This document shows, piece after piece, positions 45,803 through 59,673 of a stretch of DNA of 64,000 nt. The notes beneath the pieces were generated by a model, which made no database searches, was not told where the DNA came from, and saw only the letters and a list, made by a program, of their open reading frames with translations. Positions within the stretch are counted from its first letter, which is position 1. Each line of letters opens with the position of its first letter. Both the position numbers and the translations under genes were made by a program. The stretch covers positions 54,384-118,383 of the forward strand of contig CAWJKR010000007.1 of NCBI GenBank assembly GCA_963843505.1. The letters are read 5' to 3'. The stretch comes from Candidatus Aminicenantes bacterium. Lineage in GTDB: Bacteria > Acidobacteriota > Aminicenantia > Aminicenantales > Saccharicenantaceae.

Positions 45803-45886
45803 GGATGTTTCACCATATCAAAAAACGGCGCCGGAAAAAAGGTGCTTCGCCAGCTCCCCGGGAAGATCCGTCATCGGCTGAGGATC

Positions 45887-45915
45887 GGGGACACGTACCC
45901 CAGGTACATGTCCCC
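45887..45915. repeat. REP-like palindrome, copy 2
   Basis: ggggacacgtaccc-ca-ggtacatgtcccc, just downstream of ppdK. Confidence 0.75.
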
Positions 45916-45923
45916 CAACCGGC

Positions 45924-48702
<2,779 letters not shown>

Positions 48703-48736
48703 CGGTCATCTCCTGATACTTGAAGATATTTATGAA

Positions 48737-48765
48737 AATATACACGGATTCCGCCCGAAATTCAA
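48737..48765 (-). promoter_or_regulatory. Sigma70-type promoter of ppdK
   Basis: TTGAAT-N17-TATATT on the minus strand. Confidence 0.6.
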
Positions 48766-48808
48766 TCCGGTGCTCGAGTCGGGACCATACCGGCACGCGT
48801 CCACGTCT

Positions 48809-48834
48809 CGGACACGTCCCAGGGTACATGTCCG
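48809..48834. repeat. REP-like palindrome, copy 3 (degenerate)
   Basis: cggacacgtccc-a-gggtacatgtccg. Confidence 0.6.
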
Positions 48835-48859
48835 CATGCCGGACGTCTTCTCCGACAGT

Positions 48860-49277
48860 ACTTGTCGCCCTGTCCCGGCGAGAAGCAGCGCGAGGCCCAG
48901 GTCGAGCATCGCCAGGTCCTCGAGGATGACGCTCGAGGCCGGCTTTGCGGCTGAGGGCGCCGAAGCAGCCGCAATCGACGTCGAGGCCGCGGATCATGGT
49001 CACGACGGTCAGGACGATGAAGAAGACGAGGAGGCCCGAGATGACGAGCGCCGCGCCGCGCCTCCAGACGCCGGCGATGAGGAAAGCGCCGGCCAGGATC
49101 TCGAGCCAGGGCAGGACGATCGCGGCGACGAACGAGAGCGACTGCCCGACGAGCCGGTAGTTGCGGATGTTCTGGGCGAAATCGAGCGGGTCGAGGACCT
49201 TGACGACGCCGGCGTAGACGAAGAGGCCGCCGAGGACGACGCGGAAGACGAGCGAGGACGGCCTTGTTCCTGATCAT
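48860..49277 (-). CDS. MauE/DoxX family membrane protein (3' end uncertain), frameshifted
   Basis: AGVVKVLDP..FAQNIRNY, LPWLE and RGLDVDCGCFG motifs. Confidence 0.8.
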
Positions 49278-49786
49278 CGCCCGCTGCCCCTCCGGCGCCC
49301 GATCCCGGCTTCTCCGCGGGCAGACCGGCTCGCGTCCACGCCTCCCAGCCCCCCGTCATGACCCGGATGTCCTTGAAGCCTTGGTCGTGGAGGCGCTTGG
49401 CCAGGAGAAGACTCGATTGGCAATCCCCGCCTTCGCAATAAACGACCAGGGTCCCGGCCTCGCGGCAGATCCAGGACGGCGGCCGGCAGGGCCTTCTCGG
49501 TCTCGGCGGCCGGGACGCACCGCGCCCCCGGCACATGCCCCTCGTCGTAGAGGTCCGGCCTGCGGGCGTCGAGGAACGCCGCCTGCGCCGTCCGCCACAG
49601 GTCCTCGCCCTCTTCGAGCGTGATCAGCCGGACGCCGGGGTATTCCGAGGCCTGGAAGAACGATCTCCCGGAACTCCCCCCGGACGAACCTCTTGATGAG
49701 CGGGAGATGGACGGCCGCGCGCGACGAGAAGGGCGAGCGCCACCCAGGGCCAGGGCCTGCCGCAGGATCCGCCGCGCTTCGCTCAA
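49274..49786 (-). CDS. Membrane-anchored rhodanese-like domain protein, frameshifted
   Basis: FLDARR..YDEGHVPGA, VVYCEGGDC and GGWEAW motifs. Confidence 0.8.
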   Translation of the reverse strand: MSEARRILRQALALGGARPSRRARPSISRSSRGSSGGSSGRSFFQASEYPGVRLITLEEGEDLWRTAQAAFLDARRPDLYDEGHVPGARCVPAAETEKALPAAVLDLPRGRDPGRLLRRRGLPIESSPGQAPPRPRLQGHPGHDGGLGGVDASRSARGEAGIGRRRGSGR

Positions 49787-49800
49787 CGGGCCATCCGCCC

Positions 49801-50999
49801 TCAGCCGTGGAGGGCCCGGTATTTCTCGAGGCCGGCCTTGAAGACGCGGATGGCCTCGCGCAGCTCGTGCTCGTTGATGACGTAGGCGATGCGGGCCTCG
49901 TCCGTGCCCAGGCTCGGCGTCGAATAGAAGCCGGGGGCCGGCGCGATCATGACCGTCTGGCCGTCGAGCGAGAACTCCGAGAGGAGCCACACGGCGAAGT
50001 GCTCGACGTCCTTGACCGGCAGGCGGACGATGACGTAGAAAGCGCCCTGCGGCTTGCGGATGACGACGCCGGGGATGTCCTTGAGGCCCGTCGTAGAGGA
50101 CGTTGCGGCGCCTGTCGTACTCGTCCCTGACGCCCTGGAAGTAGCTCATGGGCATGTTGTAGGCGGCCAGGGCGGCCATCTGCTCGACCGACGGCGGGCA
50201 GAGCCGGGCCTGGGCGAACTTGAGGGCCGCCGCGTAGACGTCCTTGTTGCGGGTGATGATCATGCCGATGCGGGCGCCGCAGCAGCTGTAGCGCTTGGAG
50301 ATGCTGTCGACGACGATGACCCGCTCCTTGATGTCCTCGTACTCGAGGATGCTCTTGTGCTTCAGGCCGTCGTAGATGAACTCCTTGTAGACCTCGTCGC
50401 CGACGAGGAAGAGGTCGTGCTTCTTGACCAGGCCCACGACGCGGTCGAGCTCCTCGGGCGTATAGACCGTGCCGGTCGGGTTGTTCGGCGAGCAGAGCAG
50501 GATGGCCTTCGTCTTGGGCGTGATCCTGGCCTCGATGGCCTCGACCGGGGGCAGGCGGAAGCCGTCCTCGACGCTGAGCGGCAGCGGGACGATCTTGAGC
50601 CCGGCGAAGGCCGCGTAGCCGTTGTAGTTCGTGTAATAGGGCTCGGGGATGACGATCTCGTCGCCGACGTCGCCGATGACGGAGAAGGTGAAGTGGATGG
50701 CTTCGGACCCGCCGGTCGTGATGAGGACCTCGTCGGGCCCGAGCGGGATGTCGTACTTCGCGAAATAGCGGGTCACGGCCTCGCGGAGCTCGAGGAACCC
50801 CTGGGCGGGGCCGTAGCCGAGGACGGGCTGGCTCCAGTTGTGGAAGGTGTCGATGACCGGCCCCGGGGCGGGGATGTCCGGGTCGCCGATGTTGACATGG
50901 AAGACCTTGATCCCCTTGGCTTTAGCGGCGTCGGCGTAGGGCTTCAGCTTGCGGATCGGAGAGGCCTGGATATCGTTGCCCGCGGCGGGATACTTTCAT
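49801..50999 (-). CDS. PLP-dependent aminotransferase class I/II (aspartate aminotransferase-like), frameshifted
   Basis: NIGDPD, SPNNPTG, DEVY and SISKRYSCCGARIG motifs. Confidence 0.9.
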
Positions 51000-51080
51000 G
51001 GACGGGTCCTCCTGGGGCGACGCGTTCGGGACGTTGGGGCGTATTATATGGAATTCACCGTCGCCGGCGCAAGGACCCGG

Positions 51081-52465
51081 TCAGAAGGCGAATCCGCCGA
51101 TCAGCTTGTAGATCGCGTAGCGGAAGCGCAGCTCACGGAACGGGTCCCAGAGCCCGTCGGTGCCCGCCGCGGGCGAGGATGTCGGGGCGCTGGCCGACCT
51201 CGCGCCCCCCGAACGAGAAGCCGAGGCCGACGGTGACGGAGATTTTCCTGAGGACGAATTCCCCGCCGGTGACGATGTGGTGGATGTCCCAATCGGTTAT
51301 GCGACATGTTCGTCGCGGTCCCGGCCCTCTTGGCCGAATAGTCGGTCGTGAAGCTGGCATAGCCCTTGAACCGCGAAGAATAGAACCACTCCAGCCCCGC
51401 GCCCCAGTTCAGGGTGGCCTCGAGCTCCTGGGTGACGTCGGTCGACAGCCTCTCCCCGGTCGATTGGGCGGCGAACTCCGGGGCGTCGATGACGGTGTAA
51501 GGCCGGACGCGGGCGAACCACTCGGCGCTCCAGTAGAAACGGACCTGCCGGATCTTGAAGGTCACGCCGGCCGCGAGCGAGAAGGGGCTGCGGTAGGTCA
51601 AGGGCAGATTCTCGCGATAATCGGCGGCCACGAAGTCGTCGGAGGCCCCGTCGCCCTCCAGGTCCAGGCCGGCGAGGGTGGAATTGACGCCCGTCGAACC
51701 CCGGCCCGCGAGGGCCAGGCCGGGAGTGGTCAGCGTCAGGCCGAGGGTGAGGATCTTGAAGTCGGCGGCCAGTCCGATCTTCCAGAGCATCCGGAGATGA
51801 TTATAGGAGTACTGTCGGGCGTTGAGGGCCATGGCCAGATGGTCGTCCTGGCCCAGGGCTTCGATGAGCTCCTGCGTAAAGGCCCGGTGGGTGCGGAGCG
51901 CGAAATACTGGGTGATGCCCACGCCGACGTGTCCCGAGAGCTTGCAGGACCAGGTCAGTCCGAACCATTGCTCGGAGAGCTTTTCGTCGATCCGGAACTG
52001 GGTCACGTAGCCCTCCGAGCCGGGCGAACCGGGGAGGATATCGTGGCGCCCCGTCTGGGAAAAAGAGACCCCCAGCTTGACGTCCTGCCGCGAGAGATAC
52101 GAATAGCCGAACCAGTGCTTGGGGAGCCGCCGGATCCGGAATGTCCCGGCGATGAGCGACGGCGCCGGGCTGAGGCTGAAGGTATTGAGGGGAACGCCCG
52201 CCCTCTCCCCTCCGGCCAGGGTCACGTGGGGGTACTGGAGCACCTTGGTGGCCATCAGGGTGTCCGGCTCTTTGATGAGGCTCATGCCCCCGGGATTGTA
52301 GTAGGTCCCCGAGAGGTCGAGGACGCTGCCGATGACGGCGCCGCCGAGCAGGGTGGCGCGCGTTCCGTATTGGTTCGTCCAATAGTGGGAGTCCTGCGAT
52401 CGGGCCAGGGGGGCCAGGCCCAGACAGGACAGCGCGACCAACAGCCCGGCGCGGGGGGTTCTCAT
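51081..52465 (-). CDS. FadL-like outer-membrane beta-barrel, frameshifted near the 3' end
   Basis: Signal peptide; YGTRATLLGGAV...YYNPGG; ends IGGFAF. Confidence 0.65.
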
Positions 52466-52596
52466 CGCCCCTAGTATATATGCGATTTCCGAGGCGCCCG
52501 TCAAGCCGGAACGGATCGCTTCGGGAGAAATACCGATTGCCAAAAACCGGGCATTTCTGTTAGTTTATGGGGCGAAAAGAGCCCCCTGGAACCGCC

Positions 52597-53382
52597 ATGA
52601 CGATCGAGCGAGACGCCCGCCTCCGCGAAGTCCAGTGCTGGGGCGATTTTTTCCGGCTCACGATCGACGCGCCGGCTCTCGGACGGGCGGCCCGGCCGGG
52701 GCAATTCGTCATGGTCAAGGTCTCGGAAGGCGCCTTTCCCCTTCTCCGCCGCCCCCTCGGCATCCATGACGCGAGCGCGGGCGGCATCGAGCTCTTCTTC
52801 AAGGTCGCCGGGCAGGGCACCGGGCTCCTGTCGCGCAAGAAGCCGGGCGACCGCCTCGACATCCTCGGGCCGCTCGGCAAGGGATTTACGGTCTCCGCCG
52901 CGGCGAAGGGGCAGACGGCCTATCTCGTCGGCGGCGGCCGGGGCATCGCTCCCCTTTATTTCCTGGCCCGCGAGCTGGTCCGGGCCGGCGCGCGGCCGGT
53001 CGTCCTCTATGGCGGGCGGTGCCTCGCCGATATCCCCCTGCGGAGCAGATTCGAGGAGGCCGGCGTCGAATTCCTCTGTTCGACGGACGACGGCAGCTTC
53101 GGCTTCGCCGGGTTCGTCACCGATCTCGCCGCCCGGGAGCTGGCCAAGGAGAAGCCGGCCGTCGTCTACGCCTGCGGGCCGGACCCGATGATGAAAGCCC
53201 TGGCGGCGATCACCGCGAAGCACGGCCTCGCGGCGGAGTTCTCCCTCGAGTCCGTCATGGGCTGCGGCATCGGCGCCTGTTGGGGCTGCGTCCACCGGAT
53301 CCGGAACGAGAGCGGGGACGGCTGGGTCAAGATCTGCGAGGAAGGCCCGGTCTTTCCCGGGGAGCGCATCCTATGGCCGTGA
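52597..53382 (+). CDS. pyrK: Dihydroorotate dehydrogenase electron transfer subunit
   Basis: RRPLG, GPLG, GGGRGIAP, CGP and CGIGACWGC...C 2Fe-2S motifs. Confidence 0.92.
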   Translation: MTIERDARLREVQCWGDFFRLTIDAPALGRAARPGQFVMVKVSEGAFPLLRRPLGIHDASAGGIELFFKVAGQGTGLLSRKKPGDRLDILGPLGKGFTVSAAAKGQTAYLVGGGRGIAPLYFLARELVRAGARPVVLYGGRCLADIPLRSRFEEAGVEFLCSTDDGSFGFAGFVTDLAARELAKEKPAVVYACGPDPMMKALAAITAKHGLAAEFSLESVMGCGIGACWGCVHRIRNESGDGWVKICEEGPVFPGERILWP

Positions 53383-54305
53383 CCTCGAAGGGCGTCGACC
53401 TCACGGCGGACCTCGGCTTCCTCACGCTCCGCAATCCCGTCCTCACGGCCAGCGGCACGTTCGGCTACGGCCTCGAGTTCGAACCCTACCTGGATCTCCG
53501 GAAGCTCGGCGGGATCGTCGTCAAGGGGCTTTATTACGGGCCCCGCGAAGGCAACCCCCCGCCCCGGCTCGTCGAGACGGCGAGCGGCCTCATCAACGCC
53601 ATCGGCCTCCAGGGCGTCGGCGTCGAGGCTTTCGCCGAGAAGGTCCTGCCCAAGCTCTGCCGCGTCGACACGGCCGTCATCGTCAACGTCTGCGGCGCGG
53701 ACGACGACGAGTATGCCGCGGTCGTCGAATTCCTGAACACGCAGGAGGGCATCGCCGCCTACGAGCTCAACATCTCCTGCCCCAACGTCAAGAAGGAAGG
53801 GGCCTGCCCGGCCCTCGGTCCCCAGACGACCTTCGACCTGGTGAAGAGGATCAAGGCCGCGAGCCGGCGGCCCGTCATCACCAAGCTCTCGCCCAACGTC
53901 ACCAGCATCGTCGAGATCGCCCAGGCGGCCGAGGAGGCCGGGACGGACGCCGTGGCCCTGGTCAACACGTTCCTGGCCATGGCCGTCGACCTCGAGACGC
54001 GCCGGCCCAAGCTCGGGAACGTCTTCGGCGGGCTGAGCGGGCCGGCCATCAAGCCCATCGCCCTGCGCATGGTCTACCAGGTCGCCTCGCGGCTCAAGGT
54101 GCCGGTCATCGGCATGGGCGGCATCATGACCGGGACGGACGCCCTCGAGTTCCTCGTCGCCGGAGCGGCCGCGGTCGAGGTCGGGACGGCGAGCTTCGTC
54201 GATCCCGACGCCGCCGTCCGCATCGTCGCCGAGATCGGGCGCTGGTGCGAGGACCACGGCGTCGCGGCCGTCCGCGATGTCGTCGGGACGATCAGAGTCC
54301 CCTGA
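53373..54305 (+). CDS. pyrD: Dihydroorotate dehydrogenase (family 1B)
   Basis: ASGTFG, NISCPNV, KLSPN and GGLSGPAIKP motifs. Confidence 0.95.
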   Translation: MAVTSKGVDLTADLGFLTLRNPVLTASGTFGYGLEFEPYLDLRKLGGIVVKGLYYGPREGNPPPRLVETASGLINAIGLQGVGVEAFAEKVLPKLCRVDTAVIVNVCGADDDEYAAVVEFLNTQEGIAAYELNISCPNVKKEGACPALGPQTTFDLVKRIKAASRRPVITKLSPNVTSIVEIAQAAEEAGTDAVALVNTFLAMAVDLETRRPKLGNVFGGLSGPAIKPIALRMVYQVASRLKVPVIGMGGIMTGTDALEFLVAGAAAVEVGTASFVDPDAAVRIVAEIGRWCEDHGVAAVRDVVGTIRVP

Positions 54306-54325
54306 GCGGAAGAAAGGACCTCCCC

Positions 54326-55045
54326 ATGACCCCAACGAACGCCGACCGCATCATCATCGCCCTCGACGTGCAGACGAAGGAGGAGGGCATCGCCCTCGTC
54401 AGCCGGCTCAAGGACGCCCGGACGTTCAAGGTCGGCCTGGAGCTCTTCACGGCCGAGGGCCCGGCGCTCTTCCGCAAGCTCAAGGCCCTGCGCAAGGATA
54501 TCTTCCTCGACCTCAAGCTCCACGACATCCCCAACACCGTGGCCGGGGCGGTCCGGTCGGCCTTCAAGCACGGCGTCCAGATGATGACCATCCACGCTTC
54601 GGGCGGGAGGGAGATGATGGCCAAGGCCGCCGAAGCGGCCCGGGCCGCGGCCGAGGGCGGCAAGAACCCCAAGCCCATCCTGCTCGGGGTCACCGTTCTC
54701 ACCAGCCTCAAGGGCCCCGACCTCGAAGAGGTGGGCCTGACGTCGGACGTCGCCTCTCAGGTCCTGCGCCTGGCCGGACTGGCCAAGGCGGCGGGCCTCG
54801 ACGGGGTCGTCTGCTCGCCCCAGGAGATCGAGGTCCTGCGCCGGGAATACGGGCGCGAGCTCGTCATCGTCACGCCGGGGATCCGGCCCGTCTGGGCGGC
54901 GGCCCAGGACCAGAAGAGGATCATGACCCCGGCCGAGGCCGTGGCCAAGGGAGCGGATTATCTCGTCATCGGGCGGCCCATCACCGGGGCGCCCTCGCCG
55001 AACGAGGCCTTCCTCAGGATCGTCGGGGAGCTCGATCAGAGCTGA
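54326..55045 (+). CDS. pyrF: Orotidine 5'-phosphate decarboxylase
   Basis: DLKLHDIPNT, TPGIRP, DQKR and VIGRPI motifs. Confidence 0.95.
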   Translation: MTPTNADRIIIALDVQTKEEGIALVSRLKDARTFKVGLELFTAEGPALFRKLKALRKDIFLDLKLHDIPNTVAGAVRSAFKHGVQMMTIHASGGREMMAKAAEAARAAAEGGKNPKPILLGVTVLTSLKGPDLEEVGLTSDVASQVLRLAGLAKAAGLDGVVCSPQEIEVLRREYGRELVIVTPGIRPVWAAAQDQKRIMTPAEAVAKGADYLVIGRPITGAPSPNEAFLRIVGELDQS

Positions 55046-55626
55046 CCGTAGCGGACGGCGAAGATCCCTCCGCCGATCCAGCCGAACACGACCGTGAGGA
55101 CCACGATCACGACGATGCTCAGGACCATGTAGCCCACGATCTTGTCCTTGGGCGTCTCCATCATGGGCGTGTCGAAGCCCAGGTAGAGGAGATAGAGCCC
55201 GTACAGGCTGGCCACCAGGCTCAGGGCCCACAGCCCGGGGACGATGTAGAGCACCCCGGCCACCCATCCCGGCGTCATGCTGTAGGCGGTGAGCTTCAGG
55301 GCGCTCGTCAGGTTCTTGGTCGAGGAGAAGGTCGGGGCCAGCTCGTTGACGACCAGGGCGAAAATGTAGACGGCGACGAGCCCGAGGACGTAGGTCACGA
55401 CCGCGTTGCCGAGGGCCCGGCCGATCGACCAGCGGAAGACGCCGATGAGCGGAAGGCGCTGTCCGACAAGGATGTGCCCGAGGAACTGGAAGACGGCCGG
55501 GACGGCCGCCAGGACCATGATGTAGGACGTGAACAGACCGGCCACGGTCGCGGGCTCGGCCTTGATCTTGACCCATTCCTCCTTGGGCTTCAGCAGGATC
55601 GACTGGACTCTCTGGACGATATCCAT
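55036..55626 (-). CDS. Yip1-family membrane protein
   Basis: ILLKPKEEW, AYSMTP.W and YGLYLLYLG; five TM segments. Confidence 0.8.
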   Translation of the reverse strand: MDIVQRVQSILLKPKEEWVKIKAEPATVAGLFTSYIMVLAAVPAVFQFLGHILVGQRLPLIGVFRWSIGRALGNAVVTYVLGLVAVYIFALVVNELAPTFSSTKNLTSALKLTAYSMTPGWVAGVLYIVPGLWALSLVASLYGLYLLYLGFDTPMMETPKDKIVGYMVLSIVVIVVLTVVFGWIGGGIFAVRYGQL

Positions 55627-55717
55627 GGGGGGGCCTCCTCCCTTAAGTTGGGCCCATCATAGCCCAAGGCCGGGGGCGGTGTCAATGACGGGCCCAGGAG
55701 GGAATTCAAGGGGAAAA

Positions 55718-55793
55718 TGGAGGCGCGGGTCGGACTCGAACCGACGAATAAAGGTTTTGCAGACCTCTCCCTTAGCCGCTTGGGTACCGCGCC
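55718..55793 (-). tRNA. tRNA-Cys(GCA)
   Basis: GGCGCGG/CCGCGCC acceptor stem, anticodon loop CTGCAAA, GGTTCGA T-loop, encoded CCA. Confidence 0.95.
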
Positions 55794-55821
55794 GGGTTCC
55801 TCATGATAGCGAGCGGATCGA

Positions 55822-55896
55822 TGGAGCGGGCGATGGGACTTGAACCCACGACCTTCTGCATGGCAAGCAGACGTTCTACCACTGAACTACGCCCGC
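55822..55896 (-). tRNA. tRNA-Gly(GCC)
   Basis: GCGGGCG/CGCCCGC acceptor stem, anticodon loop TTGCCAT, GGTTCAA T-loop, encoded CCA. Confidence 0.95.
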
Positions 55897-55928
55897 CCGC
55901 TCGCCCTTTTTCAAGGGCAGCACGCCTT

Positions 55929-55957
55929 AAACTAGCAGAATCGCCGGAGGGTGTCAA
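55929..55957 (-). promoter_or_regulatory. Sigma70 promoter of the tRNA-Gly/tRNA-Cys pair
   Basis: TTGACA-N17-TAGTTT on the minus strand. Confidence 0.7.
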
Positions 55958-56010
55958 TAAAAACGGGGACATGGACGGAGAGTCCGATGCCCCCGATGAT
56001 GGCGAGGAAA

Positions 56011-56809
56011 CTAGCGGGCGACGTTGATCTGGACTTCGGCGCCGATGTCGACGGCGTCGCGGGCGCCGAGGATCTTGACCGTCGACGTCGCGCCGCGGAC
56101 GTCGATGATGATGGCGCTGGCGAAGGCCTCCCGCGGCAGGTCGGGCCGGGCCTGGTGGAAGACGTTGAGCTGGTCGCCGATCTGCACGCAGTGCTGGCGG
56201 CCCATGTCGATCAGGGCCCACTGGCCCGAGGCGGAGATGTGGAAGTCGTTCTCGATGTAGATGATGTGGCCCCTCTTGCTGGCGTTGGGGTCCATGTCGC
56301 CGTAGCCGAGGTCCTTGCCGATCTCGCCGGATTCCTCCTCGAACGGCAGGAGGAAGTCCCCGACGCGGATCGTGCCGCAGCCCTTCTCGACCCTGGCCGA
56401 GGCCATCCGGTCGTCGAGCCGCACCACCCGGGCCCGCCCGTGGCGCTCCATGACCGTGCCGAGCTTGCCGACCTTGGCCCGCAGCCCGACCGTCAGGAAC
56501 AGCTGGCCCATCTCGAGTCCGTCGGCCGCGCCCTTGTTGAGGTAGATGAGGTCGCCGTCCTCGAAGAGGCTCTTTTCGTTCATCCGCTCGGCGCCGACGA
56601 TCTGGATGTCGGGGAGGAGCTTGCCTTCCTCGTGCATATAGAACGAGCAGTTGAGGTCCGACTCATTGATCAGCTGGTAGGTCTCGTCGAAGATCTTCGC
56701 TCTTCTGGATCTGGGTTTCCTGGACGTCCTGGGCGAAAGGCCCCCCGGAGACGACCAGGGCCAGTCCGGCGACGATGACGACCGCGTAGAGTGCCCGTCT
56801 TTTGCTCAT
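56011..56809 (-). CDS. Exported hypothetical protein resembling the C-terminal part of LysM proteins, frameshifted
   Basis: Signal-like leader; GDLIYLNKG..DGL..G and IDMG....QIGD repeats. Confidence 0.5.
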
Positions 56810-56967
56810 GGTCACACCTCTTGGCCGATGGAGTTCCACCGGGCGGTATTATACGGACCGGTTCTCGCGGCTGTCAACATATAGTTAGCACCCGCTCCCG
56901 ATGGACAATTGACCTCGAATCGAATAAAATGAATCAAACCATAAGGTTAGTCGTGCCGAACGTCCGA

Positions 56968-58032
56968 ATGTCAAAAAAAACAGCCGTGTCCCTGATCTTC
57001 GGGGGCCGGTCGGCCGAACACGAGGTCTCCCTGGTCTCGGCCGCGGCCGTCCACAAGAACCTGGACCGGCGGAAGTTCGATGTCCGGTCCATCTATATCA
57101 CCCGGACCGGCCTCTGGAAGCCCGTCGAGGCCCCCTCGAGCGACATCGGGGCCCTCGAGAGCGGCCCGGCCTTCTCCTTCCTCCCCTGGGAGGCCGGAGC
57201 GCCGTTCCCCGGTTCCGGGGCCGACATCTATTTCCCGGTCCTCCACGGCCCCTTCGGCGAGGACGGGACGATCCAGGGCCTTCTCGAGATGGCCGGCGTC
57301 CCCTATGTCGGGGCCGGGGTCACGGGCTCGGCCCTGGGCATGGACAAGGCCCTGGCCAAGTCCGTCCTCCGCGACAACGGCCTGCCCGTCGTCCCCTTTC
57401 AGGCCGTCCGGGAATCGGACTGGAAGGACGACCCGGGCGCGGTCCTGCGGCGCGTCCGCCGCGCCCTGCCCCTGCCGCTGTTCGTCAAGCCGTCCAACCT
57501 CGGTTCGAGCGTCGGCATCACCAAGGTCGCCCGCCATGACGGCCTCGCGGCCGCCCTCGCCACGGCCTTCCGCTACGACGCGACGGCCCTCGTCGAGAAG
57601 GGCATCGCCGGCCGCGAGCTCGAGCTGAGCGTTCTCGGGAACGAGAAGCCCGAGGCCTCCCTCCCCGGCGAGGTCATCCCCTTCCGGGAGTTCTACGACT
57701 ATAACGACAAGTATATCGACGGCAAGACCCGGTTCGCCATCCCGGCCGCGCTCGCGCCGCGCGTCGTGGCCCGCGTCCGGGCGCTCGGCGTCGCCGCCTT
57801 CAAGGCCCTGGCGGCCTCGGGCATGGCCCGCGTCGATTTCTTCCTGGAGAAGGGGACGAACCGCCTCTACATCAACGAGATCAACACCATCCCGGGCTTC
57901 ACCGAGATCAGCATGTATCCCAAGCTCTGGGCCGCCTCGGGCCTGCCGTTCCCGCGGCTGCTCGAGCGCCTGATCGCGCTCGGCTTCGAGCGGCACCGGG
58001 ACCGGAAGGCGTGCGTCGAGAGGGACCGCTGA
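56968..58032 (+). CDS. ddl: D-alanine--D-alanine ligase
   Basis: GGRSAEHEVS, LHGPFGEDG, GSSVG and EINTIPGFT motifs. Confidence 0.95.
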   Translation: MSKKTAVSLIFGGRSAEHEVSLVSAAAVHKNLDRRKFDVRSIYITRTGLWKPVEAPSSDIGALESGPAFSFLPWEAGAPFPGSGADIYFPVLHGPFGEDGTIQGLLEMAGVPYVGAGVTGSALGMDKALAKSVLRDNGLPVVPFQAVRESDWKDDPGAVLRRVRRALPLPLFVKPSNLGSSVGITKVARHDGLAAALATAFRYDATALVEKGIAGRELELSVLGNEKPEASLPGEVIPFREFYDYNDKYIDGKTRFAIPAALAPRVVARVRALGVAAFKALAASGMARVDFFLEKGTNRLYINEINTIPGFTEISMYPKLWAASGLPFPRLLERLIALGFERHRDRKACVERDR

Positions 58033-58464
58033 TGCGCGTCCTCGGCGTCGACTACGGCGACCGTCACATCGGCCTGGCCCTGAGCGACCCTCTCCTCATC
58101 ACGGCCCAGCCGCTCGGGTCCTACGAGCTCACCGGCCGGGACAGCGTCCGACCGGCAGTATTTCCGGGACCTCGTCGCCAAGCACGACGTCGGGGAGATC
58201 GTCCTGGGGAACCCCCTCCGCATGGACGGCAGCGCCGGGGACGCGGACCGAGAAGACGCTGGTCTTCGCGGCCTGGCTCGAAAAGGCCGTCGGCAAGCCC
58301 GTCGTTCTCCAGGACGAGCGCCTGACGACGCGCCAGGCCCTCAGGACCCTCGACGACGAGAAGCTCCGCGGCCGGAAGAAGAAGGATTGGGAAGACCGGA
58401 TCGCGGCCGTCATCATCCTCTCGACCTACCTCGAACGGAAGCGCAGTACGGGCGATGTTCCTGA
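58032..58464 (+). CDS. ruvX: YqgF/RuvX family nuclease, frameshifted
   Basis: LGVDYG..HIGLALSD, DERLTT and DRIAAVIIL motifs. Confidence 0.88.
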
Positions 58465-59483
58465 GGCTCATTAAGGCCGCCCTCATCGCCGCCGTGGTCC
58501 TCGTCTATCGGGCGACGGGCTGGATCGTCCGCGGAGCTCTCGGCCCCGACCGCCGCGGTCCACGATGCCCAGGGCGCGGGGGTCTTCTTCGAGGTCCAGA
58601 AAGGCTGGAGCGCCCGCACCGTCATCGACCGCCTCAAGGCCGAGGGCCTCGTCCGGGCGGCCCTCCCCCTCCGGCTCGCCTGCCGGATCTTCTATCCGGC
58701 CGAGAGCTTCAAGGCGGGCGAATACCGGTTCACGACGCCGCTCGATGCCAAGGACGCCCTCTTCCTGATCTTCGGCGGCCGCATCTATCTCGAGCCGGTC
58801 ACCGTCCCGGAAGGGCTGACGGGGCGGAGATCGGCCGGACTCCTCAGGCCGGGCGACGCGGAGGGCGCGGCCGCGTTCCTTCGCGCCTTTCTCGACGTCG
58901 GGCTCATCGCCGATATGGACCCGCGGGCCAGGGACCTCGAGGGCTATCTCTTCCCGAACACGTACAACATGCCCCGGAAGGTCGCGGAGGCCGACCTCGT
59001 CGCGGCCATGGTCGCGGAATTCCGCGAGCGTCTTCGACGACGGGCATCGACGGCGGGCCGCCGAGCTCGGGATGAGCGTCCGGGACGTCGTCACGCTGGC
59101 CTCGCTCATCGAAGAGGAGACCGCCCTCCCCGACGAGCGGCCGCTCGTCTCGGCGGTCTTCCACAATCGCCTGAAGATCGGGATGAAGCTCGACTGCGAC
59201 CCGACCATCGCCTACGCGCTCAAGCGCGAAGGCCGCTACACGGGACGGCTGCTCTTCCGCGATCTCAAGCTCGACTCGCCCTACAACACCTACCTCCACG
59301 CCGGGCTTCCTCCCGGGCCCATTTCGAATCCCGGAAGGTCGAGCCTCGACGCCGCCCTCGAACCCCGCGCCGGCGGACTTCCTGTACTTCGTCGCCCGGG
59401 GCGACGGGGCCCACACGTTCAGCCGGACCCTCGGTGAGCACCTCGACGCCGTGAAGAAATTCCGGGAATTGAAAAATCGCTGA
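58455..59483 (+). CDS. mltG: Endolytic transglycosylase MltG, frameshifted
   Basis: TVPEG, LEGYLFPNTY, LASLIEEE, SPYNTY and GLPPGPISNPG motifs. Confidence 0.9.
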
Positions 59484-59610
59484 AATTTGATATATTACTT
59501 CTTCTCTTTCCGCCGCCCGGAGGCCTTGTGAGGCGCGATAGGACGCTGTAAGGGTCCTTTACAAACCCCGCTCGACTTGCCCGGCAGAACGAGGATTCCT
59601 GCCAGAGGAC

Positions 59611-59627
59611 TTGGCATGAGAATTGCT
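59611..59627 (+). promoter_or_regulatory. Sigma54 (-24/-12) promoter
   Basis: TTGGCATGAGAATTGCT = GG-N10-GC; upstream palindrome TGTAA-N7-TTACA at 59547-59563. Confidence 0.7.
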
Positions 59628-59673
59628 CTAAAGGAAAGTGGAAGTGAATGAGATGATACCTTCAGGAGGAAAA

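Noticed and set aside
50054-52474. Long antisense ORFs (806 aa here; also 9500-11326, 53166-54335, 56971-57996)
   Set aside because: Shadow ORFs of high-GC genes with no recognisable motifs
55718-55896. tRNAs as an integration site
   Set aside because: No duplicated tRNA 3' end or integrase nearby, and the island is >12 kb away
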